The notes beneath the pieces are model-generated. The model was not told the origin of the DNA, searched no databases, and was given only the letters and a program-made list of their open reading frames with translations. The position numbers were made by a program, and so were the translations under genes. From positions 64,001 to 128,000 of the forward strand of contig OZ244653.1 of the NCBI GenBank assembly GCA_965218795.1: a stretch of DNA of 64,000 bases, read 5' to 3'. This DNA comes from a bacterium (GTDB lineage Bacteria > UBA8248 > JACPRG01 > G963555815). Of the stretch, positions 29,518-38,717 are shown one piece after another. Each line of letters opens with the position of its first letter. The stretch's first letter is position 1.

Positions 29518-29860
29518 ATACACGTCCGGTGTTCGCGCTCCTGCTCCTGTTGTCCGCGAGCGGCGCAGCGGCTGAGTCATGTGCGGACATCGCTGTGATC
29601 GTCGACCGGACCGCTGTGAGTGTCGTGCTTCCAGCCTTCGGCGGGTTCAAGCGCGCCGCGTCGGACCCTTACACGTACTGACCCCATAAGGTGCGAGAGA
29701 CGGCTCGGCGGACGCCGCGCGGGCCGCTTACGCCGCAGCCTATGACGCCTGGATGCGAGTGGAGGTCTATCGCTTCGACCCGGTCGAGGACCAGAACGCC
29801 GTGTCGCGCGTCAACTTCTGGCCGGTCGCGATGAACTATGTCGGCCGCGCACTGGGGGGT
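29514..29860 (+). pseudogene. Second imelysin-family gene, degraded and truncated
   Basis: Signal peptide MNTRPVFALLLL...VVLPAFGGF, then a stop, then AARAAYAAAYDAWMRVEVYRFDPVEDQNAVSRVNFWP in another frame. Similarity ends near 29830-29860. Confidence 0.72.
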
Positions 29861-30095
29861 GACGAAGGCGCAGGCGTTGATAACATGGTTGGTCAGACCC
29901 TTATGCGTCTATGGATTCGGTTAGAACGACTGACCAATCCCGGAGGTCCAGATCTTGGTGAACGACCCTGTATTCGACTTTGATCAACCGCTGCCTAATC
30001 CAGACGGCGAAGTTCCCCTGAAACCGTTTGATTTGAATGACCTTCCGTCAGGTTTTCATGTAGAATCCCACTGATAGCCAACAAACCTCCATCCA

Positions 30096-31598
30096 TTGTC
30101 GTTTGCAGGTAATCCTGTGCGTTGCATCCTCATCTCCTTGATTGCGTTTGCGCTTGTCATCGTCTTTCCCCGGTGGGGAGAGTCGGCCCGCCTGACCGTA
30201 TCCGCTGCGGCCAGTCTGGAGGAAGCCTTTCAGGAAATTACGAGGAGATTTCAAGACGCTCATCCGGAGCATCGGGTCTCGCTCAATCTGGCGTCCTCCG
30301 GGCATTTGCAGCGACAAATCGAGCGCGGCGCTCCGGTTGACGTTTTTGCTTCCGCCAGCCCACGTCCGATGGACGCCTTGGAGAAAGAGGGACTGATTCA
30401 ACCCGCTTCGCGAAACGTGATGGCAAGGAACCGTTTGGTCCTGATTGCCTCGAAGGGCGCTGCCATCCGGTCGTTCTCCGACCTTGGGAAGAATTTTCAA
30501 GGGTGGCTCGCAGTCGGCAATCCGCGGCACGTACCGGCCGGATTCTATTCAAAAGAGGTGTTGGAGTGGCTCGGCTACTGGGCGCGTCTCTCGTCCAATC
30601 GGGTTCTGGCGGAAAATGTCCTCCAGGTATTGGAATATGTGGCCACCGGAGAGGCGGACGCGGGCCTCGTTTACAGAACGGATGCCCTCCGGGGTCGCTA
30701 TCAGGTCAAGCTGATCGCTGAGGCGCCGGCTGGAAGCCATGCCCCGATCGAGTATCCCATCGCCGTCGTCGCAGGGTCACGAAGCCCGGAGGCTTCGAAG
30801 GTATTTGTCGATTTCGTGCTGAGCTCGCCAGCCCAGGCGGCTCTGGCGCAGGCGGGGTTCGAGCCGGTCCGATCGACCGGGACGGGGCGGGCGACAGAGA
30901 GCCGGTCCGGCAGCGAGGGTGTCGGAAACCGCGCCTGGTTTTCCACCTGGTTGTCCATTTGGGTTGCGCTGGTCTCGACCTTTATTGTCGCGGTCGTCGG
31001 TACGACCCTCGCTTACCTGCTGGCCCGAAGAAATTTCTTCGGCAAGAATATTCTCCATATCCTCCTGACCCTGCCTTTGGTCCTCCCCCCAACGGTGACA
31101 GGCTATTACCTGATCAATATCCTCGGGCGGTACGGGGTTTTGGGCGGTCCCCTGTATGAATGGACGGGTTGGACCGTTGCCTTCACCTGGTGGGCGGCCG
31201 TCCTGGCCTCCACGGTTGTGTCCCTTCCTTTTATGTTGCAGACCGGCCGGGCGGCCATCGAGTCGGTGGACCGCAACGTCGAGTACGCCTCTCAACTGCT
31301 CGGGAAGGGTGAATGGCGGACGGCATTGACCATCACGATTCCCTTGGCCCGGCGGGGGCTGATTGCGGGCTTGGTGCTTTCCTTCGCGCGCGCCATGGGC
31401 GAGTTCGGGGCGACCTTGATGCTGGCCGGCAATATCCCGGGCCGGACGAACACCATGCCTCTGGAAATCTACTCGGCGTTCCTGGCGGGCGACCTGGAGC
31501 AGGCTCAATGGCTGGTGGTGGCCCATACGAGCATCTCGTTTCTGGCGCTTTTCTTCGCCACCCGGTGGAGCCGCGAGCGCGTGAAGGTGGGTTGCTGA
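30096..31598 (+). CDS. Fused molybdate-binding protein and permease (ModA-ModB)
   Basis: SAAASL, ASSGHLQRQIERGAPVDVFASA, VPAGFY (ModA), then LPLVLPPTVTGYYL, FARAMGEFGATLMLAGNIPG (ModB) in one ORF. Confidence 0.9.
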   Translation: MSFAGNPVRCILISLIAFALVIVFPRWGESARLTVSAAASLEEAFQEITRRFQDAHPEHRVSLNLASSGHLQRQIERGAPVDVFASASPRPMDALEKEGLIQPASRNVMARNRLVLIASKGAAIRSFSDLGKNFQGWLAVGNPRHVPAGFYSKEVLEWLGYWARLSSNRVLAENVLQVLEYVATGEADAGLVYRTDALRGRYQVKLIAEAPAGSHAPIEYPIAVVAGSRSPEASKVFVDFVLSSPAQAALAQAGFEPVRSTGTGRATESRSGSEGVGNRAWFSTWLSIWVALVSTFIVAVVGTTLAYLLARRNFFGKNILHILLTLPLVLPPTVTGYYLINILGRYGVLGGPLYEWTGWTVAFTWWAAVLASTVVSLPFMLQTGRAAIESVDRNVEYASQLLGKGEWRTALTITIPLARRGLIAGLVLSFARAMGEFGATLMLAGNIPGRTNTMPLEIYSAFLAGDLEQAQWLVVAHTSISFLALFFATRWSRERVKVGC

Positions 31599-31871
31599 GA
31601 CCCGGGAACAGCCCCGGTCGCCACCCGGAGTGGGCGAATATTCTCTAAAGCATTTCTGAGAAATGCCCGATAGTTGAAATGTACGCGGCGAAAAGGCTTC
31701 GCCGCCGGAAAACAGGATTCTGTAGTCCGAATCGCGGAAGCATTGCTGGAACAAGGGAAAAGCGCTGGTGCAATTGGCCGAGAATATCGATGAGGATCAG
31801 GACGCTCAGGAGAACAGGACAGGTCCGCGGGCCGGGAAGGTCTCTCGTGGGCAGCGTAGCCCCGGCCGGCC

Positions 31872-32951
31872 TTACTCGTGACAGAGAAACAGATCGGATT
31901 TGGAGAGGGAAACATAAACGGTTGATCCGCTCTTCAATCCCCACCTGGGAAAGACGTGTTTTCTCAGGTCCGCCACCATCCTTGGACCGTTGGGCGCAAT
32001 CTCCAGATGGACGACCATGATGTTCTTGCGCTCCATGACGGAGTGTACGAAAGCTTGGAGTAGATTGGGCCGATCGTCCGGCTTCGCCACCAGCCGCACG
32101 TTCGGAGGGGAAACGCCCAGGTAGGCCTTTTGGCCCGGAGCGAACCGTGGATCCGGGTCGAGGGGGATCATCCTCTCCGCCATTTCCACTTTCATCTCAC
32201 CGTTTTCAGTCCCCAGGACGCGGCAAGGGAACAGGTTGTCGATCCCAAGGCATTGGGCCGTCCGGTAATGGGCCGGCCGCTCCAGGACGGAATCCTTCGT
32301 ACCGGTCTCGAGCACCTTCCCCTGATCGATCACCACGACCCGGTCCGCCAGTGAATAAGCCTCCCGGAGATTATGCGTGACGTACAGCATGGGGATGGCG
32401 AACCGATCCTTGACGGCGGAGATGTCCCACAGGATACGCTCCCGCGTGGGCTCGTCCAGGGCGGACAGCGGCTCGTCCATCATGACCAGGGAGGGCTCGG
32501 CGGCCAACGTCCGGGAAATGGCCACGCGTTGCCGTTGTCCTCCGGAAAGCTGCGGGGGAAATTTCCCTTCCTGCCCCTCCAGGCCGAATTGTGAAATGAT
32601 CTCTCGAACGCGGGGTCCTTTGGGCGTCCCGTTGGGGATGCCGTAGGCGATGTTGTCGAAGACGCTCAGATGGGGAAACAGGGCCAGGTCCTGGAAGACG
32701 TAACCGAGGTTCCGCTCACGCAGGCGGAGGTCGATTCGCCGGGCGGAGTCGAAGAGGGTTTTTCCGTTCAGCGCGGCATATCCCCGGTCGGCCTTGAGGA
32801 TGCCGGCCAGAATGTTGAGCAGCGTGCTTTTTCCCGAGCCTGACGGACCGAACAGGACGGTCAGCTCCTGCCCCATGGAGTCGGTCGCCTGGAGGTGAAA
32901 ATCCGGCTTCCCGCGAAAGTGGAAGGTTTTTTCGAGGTCGTATTCCAGCAT
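31872..32951 (-). CDS. modC: Molybdate ABC ATP-binding protein
   Basis: LFGPSGSGKST, LFDSARRIDL..RERNLGYVFQD, LSGGQRQR, IPMLYVTH, TOBE tail. Confidence 0.85.
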   Translation of the reverse strand: MLEYDLEKTFHFRGKPDFHLQATDSMGQELTVLFGPSGSGKSTLLNILAGILKADRGYAALNGKTLFDSARRIDLRLRERNLGYVFQDLALFPHLSVFDNIAYGIPNGTPKGPRVREIISQFGLEGQEGKFPPQLSGGQRQRVAISRTLAAEPSLVMMDEPLSALDEPTRERILWDISAVKDRFAIPMLYVTHNLREAYSLADRVVVIDQGKVLETGTKDSVLERPAHYRTAQCLGIDNLFPCRVLGTENGEMKVEMAERMIPLDPDPRFAPGQKAYLGVSPPNVRLVAKPDDRPNLLQAFVHSVMERKNIMVVHLEIAPNGPRMVADLRKHVFPRWGLKSGSTVYVSLSKSDLFLCHE

Positions 32952-33184
32952 GGGTTCAGAAGCGCTCCTTCACGGAGGATATGATCGTTCCTCCCGGGCT
33001 CCGCCGCATTCAGGGGTGGACACCTTCCATACCTATCTGTGGCAGGAGCCGGAGGCGCGGCAACAGAACCGTTGTACAATCAGGACGGCCGGGCGATGAC
33101 CCCCCCGGCCCGGTTGCTTCGGGTCCATCGGCCCCCCGCCGGGGATCGGCCTTCACATGTGAACGCGACGGTATCGGAGGACGC

Positions 33185-34123
33185 ATGAAGATTATTTTCG
33201 CCCACGCGGGCGCCGGGAACCCGGACGTCAAAAGCCACAATGCCACCATGGTCCGGTCCGTCGAGTCGGGCCTTGCGGCCATGGACCGCGGGATCGAGGA
33301 GGCGGCGATCGCCGCCGTCGAGGTCCTCGAGGACGCCCCGGAGACGAACGCCGGCCTCGGTTCTTCGCTGAACCTGCGCGGCGAGGTCGAAATGGACGCG
33401 GCGATCATGGTGCCCGGCGATTTCGGCGGCGTGGCCGGAGTCCGGGACGTCAAAAGCGCCATCCGCCTGGCTTGGCACGTTCTTCATGATTCCGGTCACA
33501 AGCTCCTCGTGGGCGAAGGGGCGACGGAGTTCGCCCGCGCCATGGACCTGCCGACGCGGGACGGGGGCGAGGTGACGGAGGAGCGGCGCGCCACCTGGCG
33601 CAAGGCGGTCGATTCCCTTCGGGGCGGCCAAGGTCTCGATTGGGAGCACTCCCTGCGCGTCCGGGAGGATCTGATCGAGCGCTACGGCCTCCGGGCGGAT
33701 ACGGTCGGTGCGGTGGCCTTGGACGATAGCGGCGCCCTGGCGGTCGGAAGCTCGACCGGCGGCCTCTTCATGAAGCTGCCGGGCCGCGCGGGCGATACGC
33801 CGCTCCCCGGCGCGGGCCTGTGGTGCACGGAGGAGATCGCCGTCTCGTGCACGGGGTACGGGGAGGCCTTCATCCGCACCCTCGCCGCAAAACGCGTCGA
33901 GGAGTTGTTCCGCGCGGGAAGCGCGCCGGAGGAGGCCGTCGAAACCGCCCTGGAGGAGCTTTGGCGAACGGCGGAAGGTCGGGGCGGAATCCTGGCGCTG
34001 ACGCGCGAAGGCGAGATCGCTTCGGTTTACAACACCAAGACGCTTCCCATCGGCCTGATCCGGGACGGCCGGGTGATGTCCGATTACCTTCCGAAAAAGC
34101 TCAGCCATGAATCACCGCAATGA
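33185..34123 (+). CDS. Isoaspartyl peptidase/L-asparaginase (Ntn hydrolase)
   Basis: HAGAG, LEDAPETNAG, EMDAAIM, D|TVGAVALD nucleophile Thr, STGG, GRAGDTP, SCTGYGE. Confidence 0.9.
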   Translation: MKIIFAHAGAGNPDVKSHNATMVRSVESGLAAMDRGIEEAAIAAVEVLEDAPETNAGLGSSLNLRGEVEMDAAIMVPGDFGGVAGVRDVKSAIRLAWHVLHDSGHKLLVGEGATEFARAMDLPTRDGGEVTEERRATWRKAVDSLRGGQGLDWEHSLRVREDLIERYGLRADTVGAVALDDSGALAVGSSTGGLFMKLPGRAGDTPLPGAGLWCTEEIAVSCTGYGEAFIRTLAAKRVEELFRAGSAPEEAVETALEELWRTAEGRGGILALTREGEIASVYNTKTLPIGLIRDGRVMSDYLPKKLSHESPQ

Positions 34124-34141
34124 CCTCAGAGACCGCCCGGC

Positions 34142-35191
34142 CTACCCGCATAAGGCGGGGACGATCTTCCTGCCCATGATTTGGATGGCCCGCTCGCGGT
34201 CCGGTCCCAGCACGTGGAAGGCGACGGGCGCGTCCAGCCCCGCGTCGACGTAGGCCCCAAGCCGGTCGATGCACTCCTCGGCGGTCCCCGAAACCGTCAG
34301 CCGGTCGATCAGTTCGTCCTTCACCAGCCTGGCCGCCGCATCCACGCCCCCCGAATTGAAGGCGTCCACGTAGGCGGCCACTTCCTCCCGGGTCAGGCCG
34401 AGGATCTCGGCGTGGTCGACGCCGACGTGCTCAACGTACGTGGCCAGCATTCCGCGCACGGCGTCGCGCGCGGCTTCCCGGTCGTCGCCCACGGAGAAGG
34501 TTACGAAGGCCGCGGTCGAAAAATCGGACAGGTCCCGCCCCGCCTCCCGCGCTCCTTCCTCGATCACCTTCCGGGCCTCGCGGACGTACTCGGGCGTTGC
34601 CGGGTTTGTCAGCAGGACGCCGTCGGCCATGGCCCCGGCCAGCTTCAGGAGCTTCGGGCCCTTGACGCCGTAGATGATCGGGATCCGGTCGCGCACGGGC
34701 TTGAAGTTCAGCGAGGTTCCGGTCTCGCTGTGGTGGTCCGATTCGAGCATGGTGAAGTATTCGCCCCGGTAGTCGCTGATCTCCCTGCCCGCCAGCCCGC
34801 GGACGATCTCGGTGGTCTCGCGCACGGCCGCCACCGGCCGCTCCCCGCGCTTCAGCGGGCAATCCTCCCCATCGCCCCAGACGGGCGTTGCGCCGATGCC
34901 CAGAAGGAACCGGCCCCCCGAGACTTCGTCGATGGTGGCCGCGTCCATGGCGATGAACGCAGGGTGGCGGGAGAAGACGCTCACGACGCCCGTGCCGAGC
35001 CGGATCCGTTTGGTTACGGCGGCGACGGCCGAAAGGGCGGACAAGGCGGAGCGGTAATAGTGGCTCTCGTTCACCCAGACGGCCCCTATGCCGGTCTCGT
35101 CCGCCAGCATGGAATAACGAATGATGTCCGCGGTCGGAAGCCGGCACGTCAGACAGATGGCAATGTGGTCGAATCCGGAATTGTCGTTCAT
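34142..35191 (-). CDS. LLM-class flavin/F420-dependent oxidoreductase
   Basis: VWVNESH, TKRIRLGTGV, RHP, SGGRFLLGIG, GPKLLKLAGAMADG. Confidence 0.88.
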   Translation of the reverse strand: MNDNSGFDHIAICLTCRLPTADIIRYSMLADETGIGAVWVNESHYYRSALSALSAVAAVTKRIRLGTGVVSVFSRHPAFIAMDAATIDEVSGGRFLLGIGATPVWGDGEDCPLKRGERPVAAVRETTEIVRGLAGREISDYRGEYFTMLESDHHSETGTSLNFKPVRDRIPIIYGVKGPKLLKLAGAMADGVLLTNPATPEYVREARKVIEEGAREAGRDLSDFSTAAFVTFSVGDDREAARDAVRGMLATYVEHVGVDHAEILGLTREEVAAYVDAFNSGGVDAAARLVKDELIDRLTVSGTAEECIDRLGAYVDAGLDAPVAFHVLGPDRERAIQIMGRKIVPALCG

Positions 35192-35275
35192 GGCGCGCTT
35201 TCCCTATTGTCACATCGGGCAGGGCCGGAAGCTCTCGGGGGACATTTTGGCGGCAACGTGCCGCACCGATTTCGC

Positions 35276-35369
35276 GGCGCCCGGAGGCGCCGCAGCCGCG
35301 CTCAATCAGAGCATCGTATATCGATAACCCATGTGCGCGGCGAAACCGGAGCAGGCCGTGCCTGCCCCC
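35276..35369. repeat. Dispersed ~95-bp repeat, copy 1
   Basis: Shares CGGCGCCCG..GCGCCGCAGCCG and the exact 32-mer CGGCGAAACCGGAGCAGGCCGTGCCTGCCCCC with 36651-36747. Confidence 0.8.
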
Positions 35370-35412
35370 GCAGCACAATCGAAACGTTTCGTTCTGATGG
35401 AGTTGTGTCGTG

Positions 35413-36567
35413 TCATTCGCCCGTCATTCTTTGAAAGAGCGAAAGGTAGATTTGCGCGCCGTCTTCCAGTTCGTTGATCGATACCATGTCGTGAGGCGAG
35501 TGCGCCAGTTCGGGCGCGCCGGGTCCCAGCGAGATCCCGGCCCGGCCCTCGTGACAGAAATATCCGGCGTCCAGGGAGGCGTGCATATAGAGCGGCTCGG
35601 TGTCGCCCCCGGCTTCCCGCACGGCCTCTTTGGCCGCCTGGGCGAGCGGGGCCTCCGGCTCGACCTTGGCCGGGTAGTGAGACCGGTCGAGGATCACCTC
35701 GGTCCTGAAGCCGCCCGGGATTTGCAGGGCCTCCCGCATGCGGGCGATCAGGTCTTCGGGGTCCTGGCAGGGAAGGAGCCTGCCGGAAAGCTCGATCACG
35801 CATTGGTCGGGAATGATCGGCCCCGGCGGGCGGGAGCGGATCTCGATGGGGACGAGGACGGAATCGCCCAGGTCGGGGTCGTCCACGGGGTTCGCGGCGA
35901 CAAACTCTTTCAAACGCCGAAGCGCTTCCTCGGCCCCGTCGATGGCGTTGAGGGCCTTTTTCGGGTTGCTGGGGTGATGGGATTGACCGTGGATCTCGAT
36001 ATGCGCGTGAAGGCTTCCCTTGTTCCCCAGGCAGACCCGGTTGCCGGTTCCCCGCGCGATCACGCCGTCGCCCATCTTCATTTCTCCGTTCTTCATTGCC
36101 CGGTCGATGACCCGATGGTGGCCGGACTCGCCCGTGGTCAGAACCATGAAGATCAGCGGCCGCTTCAGATTGGACTTTTCGGGTTTCGTCCCGGCCATCC
36201 GGTTCAAGGCGGCCAGGGCCGCGGCCAACGCGCCGCGATGCTCGCAATTCCCGCGCCCCCAGAGGCAGTCGCCGTCTTGACCGTGTTCGGTTCCATCGAC
36301 GATCTTTGATTTGTAAGGGTCTTTCTGATCGCCGGGTCCGAAGTCCTGGGCGTACGTACAGACGTAGAAAGGGCGCACGTTCGGGGAGGGCCCGGGTCCC
36401 AGGCGGACGATGAGGTTGCCGTCCTTGTCCAGTTCGGCGCCGGGCGCGCCCACGAACGGCCGGACGCCTTCTGCGATGAACCGGCGCACATCGTCCGTCT
36501 GTGCGTTGGGGTAGGGGACCAGGTCTTCCAAAATGCTCCGTGCATCCGTCAGTTCGTTTTTCTTCAT
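35413..36567 (-). CDS. M20/ArgE/DapE-fold protein with non-canonical metal ligands
   Basis: DGNLIV, LWGRG, GNKG..H..IEIHGQSHH, NAI, LGPG...AHSPHD. Confidence 0.82.
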   Translation of the reverse strand: MKKNELTDARSILEDLVPYPNAQTDDVRRFIAEGVRPFVGAPGAELDKDGNLIVRLGPGPSPNVRPFYVCTYAQDFGPGDQKDPYKSKIVDGTEHGQDGDCLWGRGNCEHRGALAAALAALNRMAGTKPEKSNLKRPLIFMVLTTGESGHHRVIDRAMKNGEMKMGDGVIARGTGNRVCLGNKGSLHAHIEIHGQSHHPSNPKKALNAIDGAEEALRRLKEFVAANPVDDPDLGDSVLVPIEIRSRPPGPIIPDQCVIELSGRLLPCQDPEDLIARMREALQIPGGFRTEVILDRSHYPAKVEPEAPLAQAAKEAVREAGGDTEPLYMHASLDAGYFCHEGRAGISLGPGAPELAHSPHDMVSINELEDGAQIYLSLFQRMTGE

Positions 36568-36650
36568 CTATCCAAACGGAAATCGTCTTGCAAATTGGTC
36601 AAGAGATTATCAGGGGAACATGCTGAAAAGAGCATGCCTCTGCGTTTTCT

Positions 36651-36747
36651 CGGCGCCCGCAAAGCGCCGCAGCCGGGCTGAACGAGAGAACCGGATTTGG
36701 TTCAACCCTGGCGCCCGGCGAAACCGGAGCAGGCCGTGCCTGCCCCC
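36651..36747. repeat. Dispersed ~95-bp repeat, copy 2
   Basis: Same conserved ends as 35276-35369. Confidence 0.8.
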
Positions 36748-37447
36748 TGAAACCCCCGGAAAAACTTTCATTCCGCCGGTTGAGCCTCGTCCGTGATCCT
36801 TACCTGATTCGGAACCCACTGACAAGGGACCAGGTCACCGACCTGGACCGCATTCGCGCTGCTCCGCAGCGCATGGAGGGGCGAGGCTTCAGCCTGTGGC
36901 TGCCCGTCCCCGCCCGGATTTTCTCTGCGAACGCTGCATAAGCCATGGATGCCCCCCAAAGCCAAAAGCCAAATAAAAAACCCTTATCCGGCAACGAGAA
37001 TTTGGCTTTGTTTGGTCCTTTTTTAATATTTCGGGCTGACTGGCCCGCGTTTCAGAGCGTTGGATTGGCCCACCGCTTCGCCTTCCTCTATCCGGATTCC
37101 ATGGACTCTTGGCGTTTTCCCGAGTGGCCCCGATCTCCGTCGGTGTCAATTCCAAGTGTACTCCCTCGCACATACTTTCGTATATATTATGTAAATATGG
37201 GAGGCGATTGGCTGGAAGTCAAGGGGTACAGCTTTATCGATTCAAGTCATGGAACCCATATGCCCGATGCGTGGCGTGTGAGATAGCTTCCGCCTTGCGA
37301 CGGTGCTGGTGGCGGTGCGGGTTCACCCGTTACCGCCGTGCGGCAGGAAACGTCAACTGTGGTCACATCGACAACAGTCCGTCAGGTGAATGCCTGCACC
37401 TACAAACCTGGTTGCGGCGCGTGGCGCTATGCGCTACATTCGAGTCC

Positions 37448-37721
37448 ATGAAGATGCAGGCATAAGGGGCTGCGGGCGTTGCACGAGCGGGACAGGGCGT
37501 CGCGTGTGCCTGCCGGCCTTGCGCCACGACTTCGGCGTATCCTGCTGCGGCTGCAAGAGGCGACGCATCCGGGCAGCGCGGAGGCGCCCGGCTTCCGGCT
37601 GCACCCCCTGAAAGGGGACCGGGCGGGCCAGTGGAGCGTGCGTGTCTCCGGCAACTGGCGCGTGGTGTTCCGCTTCGAGGACGGCGAGGCCGTGGCCGTG
37701 GACCTGATCGAGTATCACTGA
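37448..37721 (+). pseudogene. higB: HigB/RelE-family toxin with disrupted N-terminus
   Basis: RHKGLRALHE...PGFRLHPLKGDRAGQWSVRVSGNWRVVFRF...DLIEYH. The upstream ATG AAG ATG at 37448 is out of frame. A near-palindrome GTGGCGC-TAT-GCGCTAC lies just upstream. Confidence 0.82.
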
Positions 37722-37740
37722 CCGGGAAGGAGCATGAGCG

Positions 37741-38055
37741 ATGAACAACGAGGACGGCGAACGCGTAGGCCCGATGCTGAACCCTCCGCATTTGGGCGAG
37801 TTGATCCGCGAGAGCATGGAAGAAACGGGCTGGAATATCACGGAGACGGCGGCCCGCTTGGGCTGCGAGCGCGGGACGCTGTCGCGCCTGCTGAACGGCA
37901 AGGCGGGTGTGTCCGCGAACATGGCGCTGGCGCTGGAGAGCATCGGCTGGGGCGCCGCCGAACACTGGATGCGCATGCAGGCGAGCTATGAACTGGCACA
38001 GGAGCGCCGGAAGCGTACAGCCGAAGGACAGCCGACAAACGCGGCATTCGGGTGA
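37741..38055 (+). CDS. higA: HigA-family antitoxin
   Basis: MLNPPHLGELIRE...ITETAARLG..RGTLSRLLNGKAGVSANMALAL...WMRMQASYEL. Confidence 0.93.
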   Translation: MNNEDGERVGPMLNPPHLGELIRESMEETGWNITETAARLGCERGTLSRLLNGKAGVSANMALALESIGWGAAEHWMRMQASYELAQERRKRTAEGQPTNAAFG

Positions 38056-38355
38056 TGGGTCTCCGTTACGGCAACCTCGCGTGGTTTCCGACAAGTGGCA
38101 CAGCGCAGCGGGACCAAGGGCCATGCCGATGCATGCTCCTGATTTCGGCGCGTCAATCCTGTCCACCGGGAATCGCGTACCGCGTACATCGGGCGGCACG
38201 ACCTGACGCGCCTGTCCTGGAACGAGGTTCGCGCCCAGGCGGCCGCCTTCGCCGATGAATGGCGGGACGCTTCTTATGAGAAGGGCGAGGCGCGCCGGAC
38301 ACTGGGAGCGCCAAATGTTTCCCTCTCCCGTTCGGATCCGTGGCCGGCCCCGATG

Positions 38356-38387
38356 CCCTCTCCCTACGGGAGAGGGTCGGGTGAGGG
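38356..38387. repeat. REP-like palindrome (CCCTCTCCC...GGGAGAGGG type)
   Basis: CCCTCTCCC-TAC-GGGAGAGGG-TCGGGTGAGGG. Confidence 0.6.
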
Positions 38388-38717
38388 TTCGGCGGTGCTC
38401 GGTCGATCGGATGCAATCATGACATGGGCGTTATGACAGTTGACTTGCACGAACGCTTGCATGTCATGCCGTGCTCGGCGACCACGGGGATGATGACGTG
38501 ACGGGAATGAACACGAAACTGACGCCGGCGCCAGAGGGCGGATTCCCTAGAATCCAGACCCTGAGTCTGCTCCCCGGAGTGGTCTTCAGATGGTCCCAGG
38601 TCTAAACTTGGGGGATGGACTCGTTGGTGGGGGCTGGTCAATCGGCTCCCCGTGCGGTGCCGATTTGCTCAACCAGTGGTTGCAAAAACACCGTCCGTGA
38701 TTTAGGGGAGGAGTAGC

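Noticed and set aside
29670-29690. Selenocysteine or stop read-through in the second imelysin
   Set aside because: The continuation is in a different frame and the gene is truncated, so this is decay rather than recoding.
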